Below are positions 1-10,231 of a stretch of DNA of 64,000 nucleotides, piece by piece (position 1 is the stretch's first letter; the number at the start of each line of letters is the position of its first letter). The notes under the pieces were generated by a model. It was not told where the DNA came from. It worked only from the letters and a program-made list of their open reading frames with translations, and made no database searches. The stretch lies in IMG/VR virus record IMGVR_UViG_3300025012_000026, positions 1-64,000 of that record; one strand, given 5' to 3'. Made by a program: the position numbers and the translations under genes.

Positions 1-418
1 AAGAAGCTGTGTTGATTTTTAACACTGAAGACATTCATAGAATACATAAAATAATCAAGATAATGACAATGGGGAGTAATCAACAACTAAAAGACTTAAA
101 ACTTAAACAAAAACAAGATAAATTAAAAGCAAAGTTAAAAGAAGAATCTAATAAAAATAAATAAATAATTGAAATTTATAGTCCATTTAAGGTGTAGATT
201 TACTATTTGACACAATCTTACCAACAAATTATTACAATTGATTCTAGCTAAATTTTTATGAAATATGTAATGATTATAAATAACATGTAATACTACTCTC
301 ACAATGGTTACAGAGGTTTATTTTAATTATTATAAAAAGTCTATAATCGGCATATCAACCCTTGGTTACAAATCTAAAATACAAAATAATATTAATAATA
401 GAAAGAAGGCAAAATATA

Positions 419-862
419 ATGCAAAAACTAACACTCTCAGGAACAATATCCCTATCAGAAATCCCCTCCATATCCAACAAACTAAATAAACCAAACTACA
501 TAATCACATCAATAATCGACAACTCAACCAAATCAGTAACTCAAATTCTAGATACAATTTTTTCTTCTAAAAATACAGTTGATAAATTAATTGAAGTAAA
601 GCTAGTAGAATATATTACAGGCATAGAGCACAAAGGTTTTGGGAAATTAATCATTGGTAGAGAGAATTATAACACAAAAGTTGAATCTTATTTTGTTGGA
701 AATTTTTCATTAGAAAAAATATTATTTGAATTGTTAGATACTAATGTTGAACTGACGTTGATTGATTTAACAGATTCTATTGGTAAGTTTATTACTGAGG
801 ATTATAATAATTCTACTGGGACATCGGAGGATATGCATAATGACAAAGTTAAAGCAATGTAA
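419..862 (+). CDS. hypothetical phage protein
   Basis: ORF track 362-862; start moved to ATG 419 downstream of an AGAAGG RBS-like sequence. Confidence 0.6.
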   Translation: MQKLTLSGTISLSEIPSISNKLNKPNYIITSIIDNSTKSVTQILDTIFSSKNTVDKLIEVKLVEYITGIEHKGFGKLIIGRENYNTKVESYFVGNFSLEKILFELLDTNVELTLIDLTDSIGKFITEDYNNSTGTSEDMHNDKVKAM

Positions 863-1049
863 AGGAGGGGATAGTAATTATAGCGATGTAGAATTAGATA
901 GAGTTGATGAACGATGTGTTCACTGTGGAAAACGTATGACAAATATAAAATATATCTATTATGATTTAGATTCAGGTAATTACATATGTAAAACGTGTGA
1001 TAATAAATATGGTTTAAATTCAGTTCCTTGTGCAGAAATGGATTATTAA
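840..1049 (+). CDS. small zinc-finger hypothetical protein
   Basis: GGAGG at ~826-830 then ATG 840; CVHC and CKTC pairs. Confidence 0.55.
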   Translation: MTKLKQCKGGDSNYSDVELDRVDERCVHCGKRMTNIKYIYYDLDSGNYICKTCDNKYGLNSVPCAEMDY

Positions 1050-1083
1050 AATAAAGTAATATTAATAAAGGAGATATAAATTA

Positions 1084-1599
1084 ATGGCATTAAAAGATTA
1101 TAAATATAGTGGTCATAAATGTATAATCAATAATCATTCAGAGTTTATTAGACTATTAAAATTCTTTCTTAAACATGGTGCAGAAGATTATGTAGGAAAT
1201 GATGTTCCTATGTTTGAAAATATATGGGACATTTGTGAAGAATTAGATGTCAAATATGAAAATTATGATTATGAAGGAGATGATGAGGAAGGTGGTTTAT
1301 TAATAAAAGATATATCTGAATTAGAAGAATTTTTATTAAAAAATATTAATAAAGATACATTAGTTCCATCTGAGGACGAGTATCCTGTGTTAGTTGATTG
1401 GTATAAAGAAGATAGTTTTGATAGAGTTGGAAAATCAAGTATTAAGATTTTAAATTTTACTTCTATGTGTAATTTCAAAATAGTTAAGGATTATTTGATT
1501 GATTTTATGAAAGAGTTAAGAATTAAAAATAGTTATAATAGAGAAATGTGTAAGTTACGAATGGAATTTAGAAAGGAGAAGTTAAACAATAATGTATAG
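1084..1599 (+). CDS. hypothetical phage protein (acidic)
   Basis: AAGGAG RBS, 171 aa ORF. Confidence 0.65.
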   Translation: MALKDYKYSGHKCIINNHSEFIRLLKFFLKHGAEDYVGNDVPMFENIWDICEELDVKYENYDYEGDDEEGGLLIKDISELEEFLLKNINKDTLVPSEDEYPVLVDWYKEDSFDRVGKSSIKILNFTSMCNFKIVKDYLIDFMKELRIKNSYNREMCKLRMEFRKEKLNNNV

Positions 1600-1867
1600 C
1601 AATTGTCTATTACATTCAATAAAACAATACATATTAAATCCTACAAATATAAAAATTATAAAACGTGGTTCATGGTTAGAAATATTTGAATGTAAATGGC
1701 CTCATTTTTATTGGTTTGATAAAAGAGATAATCATTATTATCATTTTTGTGCTAAATATTCAGATGAACCATTTATAAATCAGATTTGGTTTGAAGGTGA
1801 GGTAAAGAGATTTTTATGGCATAATAAGAGTGAAATGAGGGAATATAATGATTTGCAAAGTTTGTAA
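1592..1867 (+). CDS. hypothetical phage protein
   Basis: 91 aa ORF overlapping the previous stop, RBS AAGGAG upstream. Confidence 0.55.
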   Translation: MYSNCLLHSIKQYILNPTNIKIIKRGSWLEIFECKWPHFYWFDKRDNHYYHFCAKYSDEPFINQIWFEGEVKRFLWHNKSEMREYNDLQSL

Positions 1868-2051
1868 TTATTCTGGTGAGTTTACTGAAATACGTATAAG
1901 AGACACAAATACTACAAAAATATATGATTTTACAATATCTAATCCTAAAAGAAATATGCCGTTTAATAATAATTATGAATATGTAGAGAATAGAAGACCA
2001 TTGACAGTTGATTTATATCCTGAATGTGGAACAGTTAGAATGGATAAATAA
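1848..2051 (+). CDS. small hypothetical protein
   Basis: 67 aa ORF with N-terminal CxxC, GAGG upstream. Confidence 0.5.
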   Translation: MICKVCNYSGEFTEIRIRDTNTTKIYDFTISNPKRNMPFNNNYEYVENRRPLTVDLYPECGTVRMDK

Positions 2052-2131
2052 TATCCCATAGAAGGTGAGTTTTAAGGGATAGATTAGAATAATATTATGG
2101 GTTGCAATCAATAGCAAGAAGGAGAAATAAT

Positions 2132-2557
2132 ATGAAAAATAAGAGTAAAAATAACAAAAACAATATGAATATCAAAAGACCAAGATTGAATCTTAATTTT
2201 GTTGAAAATAATTACTCAGATATAGTAAAACACTTGAATAACAATGATATGTTGACAATTCAATTTAAAGAAGATGGAGTTACTGTTTATATTGAAAAAT
2301 TAGATAATATTTATGATTGTATAATGGTTAATCCTCATAATTATAAATCAAATGGTGTTACTGCTTGGCAGATGAAAGAAGATGATTTGTTAAAAATGTA
2401 TGATAAGTTGTTTAATGGCATTGAATATGAAATATTTGCTGTAGAGAAAGGTAGTTTGCTTAGAATTAGAGATATATTTGAAGGAATGATGGATGCATTA
2501 ATGTGTTTGAGAGATGGAAAGAGTTATGGTGGATATAAATTGAGACAGTTGGATTAG
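2132..2557 (+). CDS. hypothetical phage protein
   Basis: AAGGAG RBS then ATG 2132 (track start 2102). Confidence 0.6.
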   Translation: MKNKSKNNKNNMNIKRPRLNLNFVENNYSDIVKHLNNNDMLTIQFKEDGVTVYIEKLDNIYDCIMVNPHNYKSNGVTAWQMKEDDLLKMYDKLFNGIEYEIFAVEKGSLLRIRDIFEGMMDALMCLRDGKSYGGYKLRQLD

Positions 2558-2646
2558 ATGGGATTTGTGTGAATTTTGGATGGGTAGGAGAGTATTTTGC
2601 TCTCCTTATACCTATATTAATAAATGAAAGACGGAGGAATAATTAT

Positions 2647-3291
2647 ATGAAAAAGAATAGAGTTGCATATTTGGTTGTTGAAAATGGAATAGAGGGGCTA
2701 GAATCTTATTTATACACCGATCAAAGAAAGACAAATAAACATATTAATGGATTGAATAATAATGAGTATTTATTTTATGAATTTAGAGATACAATCAATA
2801 ATGAATGGGGATCTTTATTTCAAAAAGTAATTGAAGATAAATATAGTGAAATACAATTGTATAAGGACAATAAATATACCAAAGAATTTTTAGAAGTATT
2901 AAAATATTTAAAACATGCTATATGGTGTAGTTCAATTAGTTTCCCCAGAAATGGTTTATATGATTGTGAGCATTGTGAAAAAGAATCAATTTATTCTGAT
3001 ATAAAAATATGTGAAGAATGTGGAGAACAAATGTGTCCTGAATGTAGAGAATATCGTGAATATTATCCAGAAAATGCACATGAAGAATGCAATGATGCTC
3101 TAGATATGTGCAATGGAGAAGAGGACTTTGATGATACTTGTGAAGAAAAGTATTGTTATAACGATGAATGTCCTATGTGGAAATCAAAAAATCATGATGG
3201 ACAAACCAAATCATCTTATGATGAAAATAGAGAGTTTATAGCAAGTTTAGATCCAAACGATCCCGCAGATGCATGGTTCTTTGAAGATTAA
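2647..3291 (+). CDS. Cys-rich hypothetical protein
   Basis: GGAGG RBS then ATG 2647; multiple CxxC motifs in the C-terminal half. Confidence 0.65.
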   Translation: MKKNRVAYLVVENGIEGLESYLYTDQRKTNKHINGLNNNEYLFYEFRDTINNEWGSLFQKVIEDKYSEIQLYKDNKYTKEFLEVLKYLKHAIWCSSISFPRNGLYDCEHCEKESIYSDIKICEECGEQMCPECREYREYYPENAHEECNDALDMCNGEEDFDDTCEEKYCYNDECPMWKSKNHDGQTKSSYDENREFIASLDPNDPADAWFFED

Positions 3292-3306
3292 AAGGAGGAG
3301 ATCAAT

Positions 3307-4989
3307 ATTAGTCTAAATAAACAAATTCATATCTATAGTGTTGATACCAGTAGTTTTTATAATGATAAAGAAATGATTATACATAAACGTTTGAATAAAA
3401 ACTATTATCTTAGAAACAAATTAATAAAAAAGATAAGTAAATTAAAATCTGATTCAAAATATATTGGTATTCTGGAGAAGTTTATACAGAATACCAATAT
3501 GAGATTAAAAAAATATAAAAATTCTTTATATGATGAATTCAAATTAAATAGTGGTATTAGAAATTTACGTAGAGATGCGTTAAATAAATACAATGTAATT
3601 TCTGTTTTTGATTCAGTTCTTACAAGAACAATACAGATTCCAGAAAATACATTAACTGCTGATATTATTATTGTTCAAACATATTTCTTTGATGTAATTG
3701 AAGACATAATACTTGATGATTTTATGTTCGGAAATGAAAAATATGTATGTTTAACTGCCAGTGCAGGACAAATAAGAACAAAAAAGACAGTTTTTATTAA
3801 GGAAAGTATTTTATTAGAATATAGGAATACATTAATGTGCGGATTAACAATTGAAGATATTAATGTATTAGGTGGAGTAAATATTAATAAATACTTAGCT
3901 TACTTAGCCTTAGCAAATTCAGCGACAGATGTATGGAAAGAATTTGATATTACAAAATCAATTGTTGTGGAAGATATGGAAACAGAAGTAGAAGGTGTTG
4001 TCGATTTTATAAATGATATAACATATGAAATTATTAGACAAAAAATGAAAATCCCAGTTTCTCATACAGATGGATGTGGAATGATGTTACCAAGTTTAAG
4101 TGATAAAAGCATGATGGTTAGATTACCGTGGATAAAGGGATTGCTAGTCCCATTTGCATTTGATAAATTCATTATTGAAGCAAATAAAAATGAGGAAGGT
4201 AAAATATATGGCAATATATTCGATATTTATGGAAAAGAACACGATATTATAAAAGAAGGAATAGAGGTAATTTTTACACGTAGTCAATTCAAAATGTATA
4301 AATATTATCAAAATAGCCATAATGAGCAAGAAGTAATTACTAAGTATGGATGGGATGTTTATAAAGACAATTATTTAAAATATAAGTGCCAAGCTGGGAA
4401 ATGTAATGAAGAAGAAATTGATTTTAGTGACGCAAAAATAAATTATCAGATGCTTCAGACATTAACAGATATGGATAATAAAGAATTAGAAATAATTGCG
4501 AAAACTACTAAACATAATATACTGAACATCGGTAGAGATAGAAAGACAATGTTAAAGGTATTGGGGGTAAAAAAATCAAATAAAAATAAAAACAATATTC
4601 AGCAAGCATTAGAGATTTATCCTGAATTGTTGAATGATACATACAGTAAAGAAATATTAAAACAAGTTAAAAAAAGCATGGTTAAAGAAGGTAGGTCTGC
4701 AAAATTAGATATAAATGGAGTATATACATTCATTATTCCAGATATTTATGCCTTTTGTGAATTTTTAATTCTTGGAGATAAAAATCCAAAAGGATTACTT
4801 AATGATGGAGACGTGTATTGTAAATTATATGAAACTTATCCTAAGTTAGATTGCTTGCGAAGCCCACATTTGTATAGAGAACATGCAATTAGAAACAATG
4901 TAATTGATGATAAAAAGAAAGACTGGTTTATAACTAATGGAGTATACACATCTTGTCATGATCTAATATCCAAAATTTTACAATTCGAT
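3307..4989 (+). CDS. yonO: YonO-like single-subunit RNA polymerase (RdRp-like two-barrel fold), exon 1
   Basis: Frame open from 3292; GGAGG 3294-3298 with ATT 3307 restores the N-terminal LNKQIHIYSVDT; motifs SAGQIRTKK, HTDGCGM, LRSPHLYREH; ends KILQFD. Confidence 0.85.
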
Positions 4990-6069
4990 AGACATTACAT
5001 GTCGAATCAAAACTTGGCTAACCTATAAAAATAGGGTGTCATATAACATCGGAAAAAATAGTTATATGGCTAACGGGGAAATCGTAGTGAGTAATGTCAC
5101 CGACAATCCCGTAGGAAAATCGGTCTATTCTTTTAAACCTTTAGAGGGGGTTTGAAAGGCTATAAATAATTTTTACATTTATGAGTGGTATAATGTTGAT
5201 ACGGGATATGTGTTTTATGTTGGTAAGGGATGTGGAAAAAGATATAAATTGTCTACAAAGTCAGTCAGAAGTAAACACTTTCTGAATTATAAAAATAAAT
5301 ATAATTGCGATGTTAGAATAACCCATTCTAATTTAAAAGAAGAGGAATCTTTTAAATTAGAAAAAGATACAATTGAAAAATATAAAAGTAATAATCAATG
5401 TAATTGCAATTATACGAATGGTGGTGAAGGTATTAGTGGATACATACACTCACAAGAAACAAAAATAAAAATATCAGAAACCCATAAAGGAGAACTAAAT
5501 AGTCAATTTGGAGTATCCCCAAAAGAAAGGATGGGAGATAATTATGAAGATTGGTTAATTAAAATGAGTGAAGTAAAAATGGGTTCTTCCAATCCTAATT
5601 ATAATAATGATACATTAAAAATAAAATATAAGGAAAACCCAGATTTAGCTTTAGAGAAACAATCAAGAAAAGGCATTAAAAATGGAATGTCAACAAAAAT
5701 ACAATTATATGATCAGAATATGAATTTTTTAAAAGAATTTGATTATATAGGTTTATGTTGTGAATACCTACATAATAATTATGGATTTTCAAGTAATGCG
5801 GAAATTGTAAGACTTGGTATTAGAAGAAGTATTAAAAACGATGTTCCATATAAGAATTTTAAGTTTATTAAATTATAAAATAATATTAAAAGAATAGACC
5901 GATAACCTCTAACGACTATCGAAAGGATAGGAAATTGAAAAATATTTCCGAATAACCGAGTAGAGTAGAGATTATGTGAAAATCATAACTCGAAACGCCA
6001 AGCATAATAATACTGTAATGTATTATTATGAAGATATAGTCTGTGCCATATAAAAGTATGGATTACGCG
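4990..6069 (+). ncRNA. group I intron (1080 nt) in the yonO catalytic motif
   Basis: 5' exon ends in U, P1 TTCGAT/GTCGAA with U.G pair; P7 GACTAT 5914-5919 with ATAGTC 6036-6041; terminal G6069; splicing gives in-frame QFD-VDGD. Confidence 0.92.
5162..5878 (+). CDS. intron-encoded GIY-YIG homing endonuclease (NUMOD3-like repeats)
   Basis: FYIYEW...FYVGKG, R and E-rich helix, NYTNGGEG, HSQETKIKIS; frame open from 5156, so the start is probably ATA 5162, upstream of track start 5210; ORF enclosed by a perfect 15 bp stem 5119-5133/5889-5903. Confidence 0.85.
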   Translation: MNNFYIYEWYNVDTGYVFYVGKGCGKRYKLSTKSVRSKHFLNYKNKYNCDVRITHSNLKEEESFKLEKDTIEKYKSNNQCNCNYTNGGEGISGYIHSQETKIKISETHKGELNSQFGVSPKERMGDNYEDWLIKMSEVKMGSSNPNYNNDTLKIKYKENPDLALEKQSRKGIKNGMSTKIQLYDQNMNFLKEFDYIGLCCEYLHNNYGFSSNAEIVRLGIRRSIKNDVPYKNFKFIKL

Positions 6070-7005
6070 GTAGATGGAGATAAATCTTTAGTTGTTGCTT
6101 GTCCTACATTAATTTCAATTGCAGAACGTAATATGAAAGATATAGTTCCACTTTATTATAATATGAGAAAAGCACCAGCAGAATTAATTACTAAAAAAAG
6201 TATTTATAATGGTTTAAAAATGGCATATACTGGTGGAAACATTGGAATGGGTAGTAATAATATTACAAAGATATGGAATAGTGGTAAAGTAAATTTAGAT
6301 GTAATTAAATTACTATGTATGGAAAACAATTTTACAATTGATTATGCTAAAACTTTGTATAAACCAGTAAGACCAAAGTCTAAAAAGAATATGATTACTG
6401 ATTATACTAAATTAAAGACCCCTCATTTTTTTATTTATGCTAAAGATAAAGAGAAAGATAAGGTTGAATTAGTTAACAATAGCGTTGTAAATAGATTAGA
6501 GAAGATAATTCCAAATACTAAAATTAGTTTTACTGCTACAGGATTAGGAAATTTTGATTATAAAATGCTTATGAGAAATAAAAAAGTGGAGTTAAACGAA
6601 GATATTATAAAAAAATATAAGGAGTTAGATTTAAAAAAGCATTTTATGATAAATTCTACATATGAGGAAGATGAACAAAACAATGTGATTTATTTATATC
6701 AAGAAATTGTAAAAAGCATACTAGAAATAAATAGTGATGTTTATTATGTAACAGATGTGTTAGTAAAATATCTGTATGAATTTAAGAAGTCAAACTTTAA
6801 AACTACTTTATGGGAGTGCTTTGGGGATATTATTGTTGATAATCTGAAAACAAATGTGGAAACTAGTAAAATATATTGTGAAGTTTGTGGTGATTTAATA
6901 GTACAAGAAAACAATAAATCTAAGTATTGTGAAAAGTGTGCAAAAGACATAAAAATGAAGAAGGATAGGGAGAGGATGCAAAAAAATAGAAATAGTCGAA
7001 AATAG
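6070..7005 (+). CDS. yonO: YonO-like RNA polymerase, exon 2 (spliced product ~872 aa)
   Basis: Begins VDGDKSLVV, completing DxDGD; C-terminal CxxC-CxxC zinc ribbon. Confidence 0.88.
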   Translation, partial: VDGDKSLVVACPTLISIAERNMKDIVPLYYNMRKAPAELITKKSIYNGLKMAYTGGNIGMGSNNITKIWNSGKVNLDVIKLLCMENNFTIDYAKTLYKPVRPKSKKNMITDYTKLKTPHFFIYAKDKEKDKVELVNNSVVNRLEKIIPNTKISFTATGLGNFDYKMLMRNKKVELNEDIIKKYKELDLKKHFMINSTYEEDEQNNVIYLYQEIVKSILEINSDVYYVTDVLVKYLYEFKKSNFKTTLWECFGDIIVDNLKTNVETSKIYCEVCGDLIVQENNKSKYCEKCAKDIKMKKDRERMQKNRNSRK

Positions 7006-7700
7006 AAAACCTCTACAACCCTACTCCCACAAGGGTTTGAAAAACAGCTATATTACTTGATTTACTCAAACGTAGTCATACCAACACTTTCAGCGTTTTG
7101 CCATAATAGTCTCTAAGGGAAACATAGACTAATATACAAAAATAAGAGATATGCAAACACCCTTTAAAGAAGGGTATGATTTTAAATTAATTATACCCTT
7201 ACGTTCATACAAAATTTAAGACCATTAATCTTTCCTTACTAACTAAATCATACACAATTGGCTATGTTAGTAGAAAACTTTGCTTAAAATTATCTATCGA
7301 GTTTTGCCAATAGGACTTGAAGATAATTTGGCATGTATTATCGAAGTAACGCTGAAATATGCACTAAAGGGTTTTAGATAATACAAAATCTCAACTAAAT
7401 CAACGTCGAATATGAGTAGTCTTTGGTCGGATGAAAATAGGAGACAAATATGCTGTTAGCACATGAAAATTTGCCAAACCCGATTTACAGAGGTGAGGAC
7501 TTGTGTTAGACCACAGCATATCGAACTAAATAGAGGGTAAAAGAGTAGGTTTTAAATTTATTACTTACTCTTCCCTACTAAATTAGTTATTAAATCGTAT
7601 TGGTCGATTGCGATTTATATAAAAAATATCTTATAATTAAAAACATAACAAAACAATTAAACTCCAAAAACAATCCCAAAAGGAGCATCAATAACATACA

Positions 7701-7976
7701 TTGAAAAAAATTACAAAACAAGAAATGTCATACTTAATCAATCTAAAAATTCTCAAACAACATCACGGCAACTATGGAGATAATCTAGTAGTAATAGGAA
7801 AATTCAGTAGCAAATCTCGTAAACAACGTTACATTACAGACCCATACTATAATTATCTACTCAGATTGAAACAAAACGATAAAAATAAACAGACTATTGA
7901 TGATATAAAAGATAATCAAAGGTATTTGTTTAGTAGTGGTATGGATAATAGTAACAATAGCAAACGTGTCTTATGA
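7701..7976 (+). CDS. hypothetical protein
   Basis: AAGGAG upstream, TTG start, 91 aa. Confidence 0.55.
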   Translation: MKKITKQEMSYLINLKILKQHHGNYGDNLVVIGKFSSKSRKQRYITDPYYNYLLRLKQNDKNKQTIDDIKDNQRYLFSSGMDNSNNSKRVL

Positions 7977-8015
7977 TACTAAGTAGTAAAATAAATAGTA
8001 GAGGATTGGTTTATA

Positions 8016-9257
8016 TTGCCCGATAAACCATGTCAATCACCTTACATTGATTCAAATGTATTAATGGATCACCCTAAAAAAGTTTTTGAAGATTTTTCAG
8101 ATTCGGGGATACAATTATCAGGATTTGTTCTTGGTGAATTAGATAATTTAAAGAAAAATGGTAAAACAGAAGAGGTAAAATTTCAGGCCCGTAGAGCGAC
8201 TAGATATATAAACGCTAATCGAGACAAAATTACATATATCATCGATGAAACAGATTATAATAATCTTCCTTCATGCTTTGATAAAGGGATTATGGATAAT
8301 AAAATAATCTCACTTCTGAAGGTTTTGTACGAAAAAGATAATAATACAATCGCTTATAGTAATGATATGTTATTTAGAGTTAAATGTGATTCTCTTAATA
8401 TTCCTTGTAAACAATATGGTGGTGAAACATCTAATGATATTTATAAAGGATATCAAAAATTATCAGGAGATACAAACTTCATAAATAACTTTTTTACAGA
8501 CATTGATAATGGCATCAATAAGTATCAATTTGTAGTAAATGAGTATCTAATATTTTATAATTCAGATGAAAAGAAAGAAAATGAATATAGATTTAATGGT
8601 AAAAAGTTTGTCGGATTGAAACTACCTGATTCAAAAGTTATTAAAGGTAAGAATAGTTTACAGAGATGTGCTTTAGATTTGTTGAATAACAAAGAGATAC
8701 CAATAGTTTGTGTCAACGGAAAAGTCGGGAGTGGAAAGACTTATTTGTGTGTAAGAATGGGATTGCATCAAACAGTAGATAAAGGTGATTTTAATAAACT
8801 TTTAGCAATTAGAGAAGCAATAGGCGAAGGAAAAGAAGTTGGATATCTTAAAGGCACATTTGAAGAAAAAACAGAAATGTTCTTTAAACCAATTGTTCAT
8901 TCATTAGAAGGTGGAGAAAGAGAATTACAAATCCTTTTATCCCGTGGAGTGTTGGAATCTAATATTCCATTTTACCTTAAAGGAACAACATACGATGAGA
9001 CAGTAATTGTTGTCGATGAATCTGAGGATCTTTCGCCCAAGCAATTAAAACTTGTCGGTACAAGACTAGGGGATAAATCTAAAATTTATTTAGCAGGAGA
9101 TTATAAACAATCTAGTGTAGATTCTTCAGAAAGAAATGCTTTAGTACAAATGTGTAATGAATTAAAAGGAACTAAAGAATTTGGGTGCATTTATTTAGAA
9201 GAAGATGTAAGAAGCGTTGCTTCTGGTATATTCTCAGATTTATTTGAGAAGAAATAA
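8016..9257 (+). CDS. phoH: PIN domain plus PhoH-family ATPase
   Basis: N-terminal IDSNVLMD/ELDNLK/DNKII PIN motifs; Walker A GKVGSGKT; IVVDESEDL; AGDYKQ. Confidence 0.9.
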   Translation: MPDKPCQSPYIDSNVLMDHPKKVFEDFSDSGIQLSGFVLGELDNLKKNGKTEEVKFQARRATRYINANRDKITYIIDETDYNNLPSCFDKGIMDNKIISLLKVLYEKDNNTIAYSNDMLFRVKCDSLNIPCKQYGGETSNDIYKGYQKLSGDTNFINNFFTDIDNGINKYQFVVNEYLIFYNSDEKKENEYRFNGKKFVGLKLPDSKVIKGKNSLQRCALDLLNNKEIPIVCVNGKVGSGKTYLCVRMGLHQTVDKGDFNKLLAIREAIGEGKEVGYLKGTFEEKTEMFFKPIVHSLEGGERELQILLSRGVLESNIPFYLKGTTYDETVIVVDESEDLSPKQLKLVGTRLGDKSKIYLAGDYKQSSVDSSERNALVQMCNELKGTKEFGCIYLEEDVRSVASGIFSDLFEKK

Positions 9258-9547
9258 TACAATTTTACTCCCTCAGACTGTCTTTCTGTACGGAGTCAAG
9301 GGACAGAGTGTATATCTGTTACCTCTTTAAATTAATTCAAGGAGGGTAGTCATTATATTAATGGATTTTTGTTAGGTAGAAAAGTAAAATCATTGAAGAT
9401 AGGTCTTTGTGCTTAATAAAAAAGCACAATGCACCAATATTAACTACATAATCTAAAACTCACAAGGTTTTAGATTAAAATACCAAAACATCATAACAAT
9501 TAATAACAAAAAATAAAAATTAAGAATAAAAGGGGATATATTAAAAC

Positions 9548-9832
9548 ATGACGAAAAACGAAATGATTACAGCAGTAAGTTTAAAAGGTGAAATGTCAAA
9601 AAAGGACGCCGAAAAAGCAATTAATGTTGTATTAGATGTGATTAAAGAGACTGTAGCAACTGGAGAACCTGTGAAAATCGTTAATTTTGGTAACTTTGAG
9701 AAGAAACCTACTAAAGGTACAACTGGTATAATTCGATTTGGAGATCGTAAAGGTGAAACTTGGACTTCAGAAGATTCATTTAGGGTTGGATTTAAAGTTG
9801 GTAAGGAGTTTGCAGATTTAGTTAAGCAATAA
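9548..9832 (+). CDS. hup: HU-family DNA-binding protein (SPbeta YonN position)
   Basis: MTKNEMITAV...VKIVNFGNFE...FKVGKEFADLVK HU signature. Confidence 0.92.
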   Translation: MTKNEMITAVSLKGEMSKKDAEKAINVVLDVIKETVATGEPVKIVNFGNFEKKPTKGTTGIIRFGDRKGETWTSEDSFRVGFKVGKEFADLVKQ

Positions 9833-9994
9833 ATATATAATCTTGTATCGCACAGTAAGTCCTTATATTTAATAGATATCTTTAAATATAAGGCAAAGCG
9901 ATACGTTGCAATATTTGAGCGTAAGGCAAATTCTTTAATACAAATGATATATTCATAATATAAAATAAATATAAAAAGGTGGAATAACAAAACA

Positions 9995-10231
9995 ATGGCA
10001 AAATCAAAACTCACTGAAACAAAGAAAATTACACATAAATTAGCAACTGAAGGTGAATTAACAATTGTAGATTCAGTAATTGTAATTAATATCCCAGATG
10101 AAGGTGTTAAGAATCTTCATGAGGTAATTAAAAATTTCTCAGGATGCTATGTAAAATTATCTATTACAGAAGAAGCAATTGAAGATGTAATGGATGAAGA
10201 TAGTGAAGAGTCGGAAGATGAAGAAGATTAA
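9995..10231 (+). CDS. YonK-like small phage protein
   Basis: Position after HU; IKNFSGCYVKLSITEE resembles YonK; acidic tail. Confidence 0.55.
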   Translation: MAKSKLTETKKITHKLATEGELTIVDSVIVINIPDEGVKNLHEVIKNFSGCYVKLSITEEAIEDVMDEDSEESEDEED

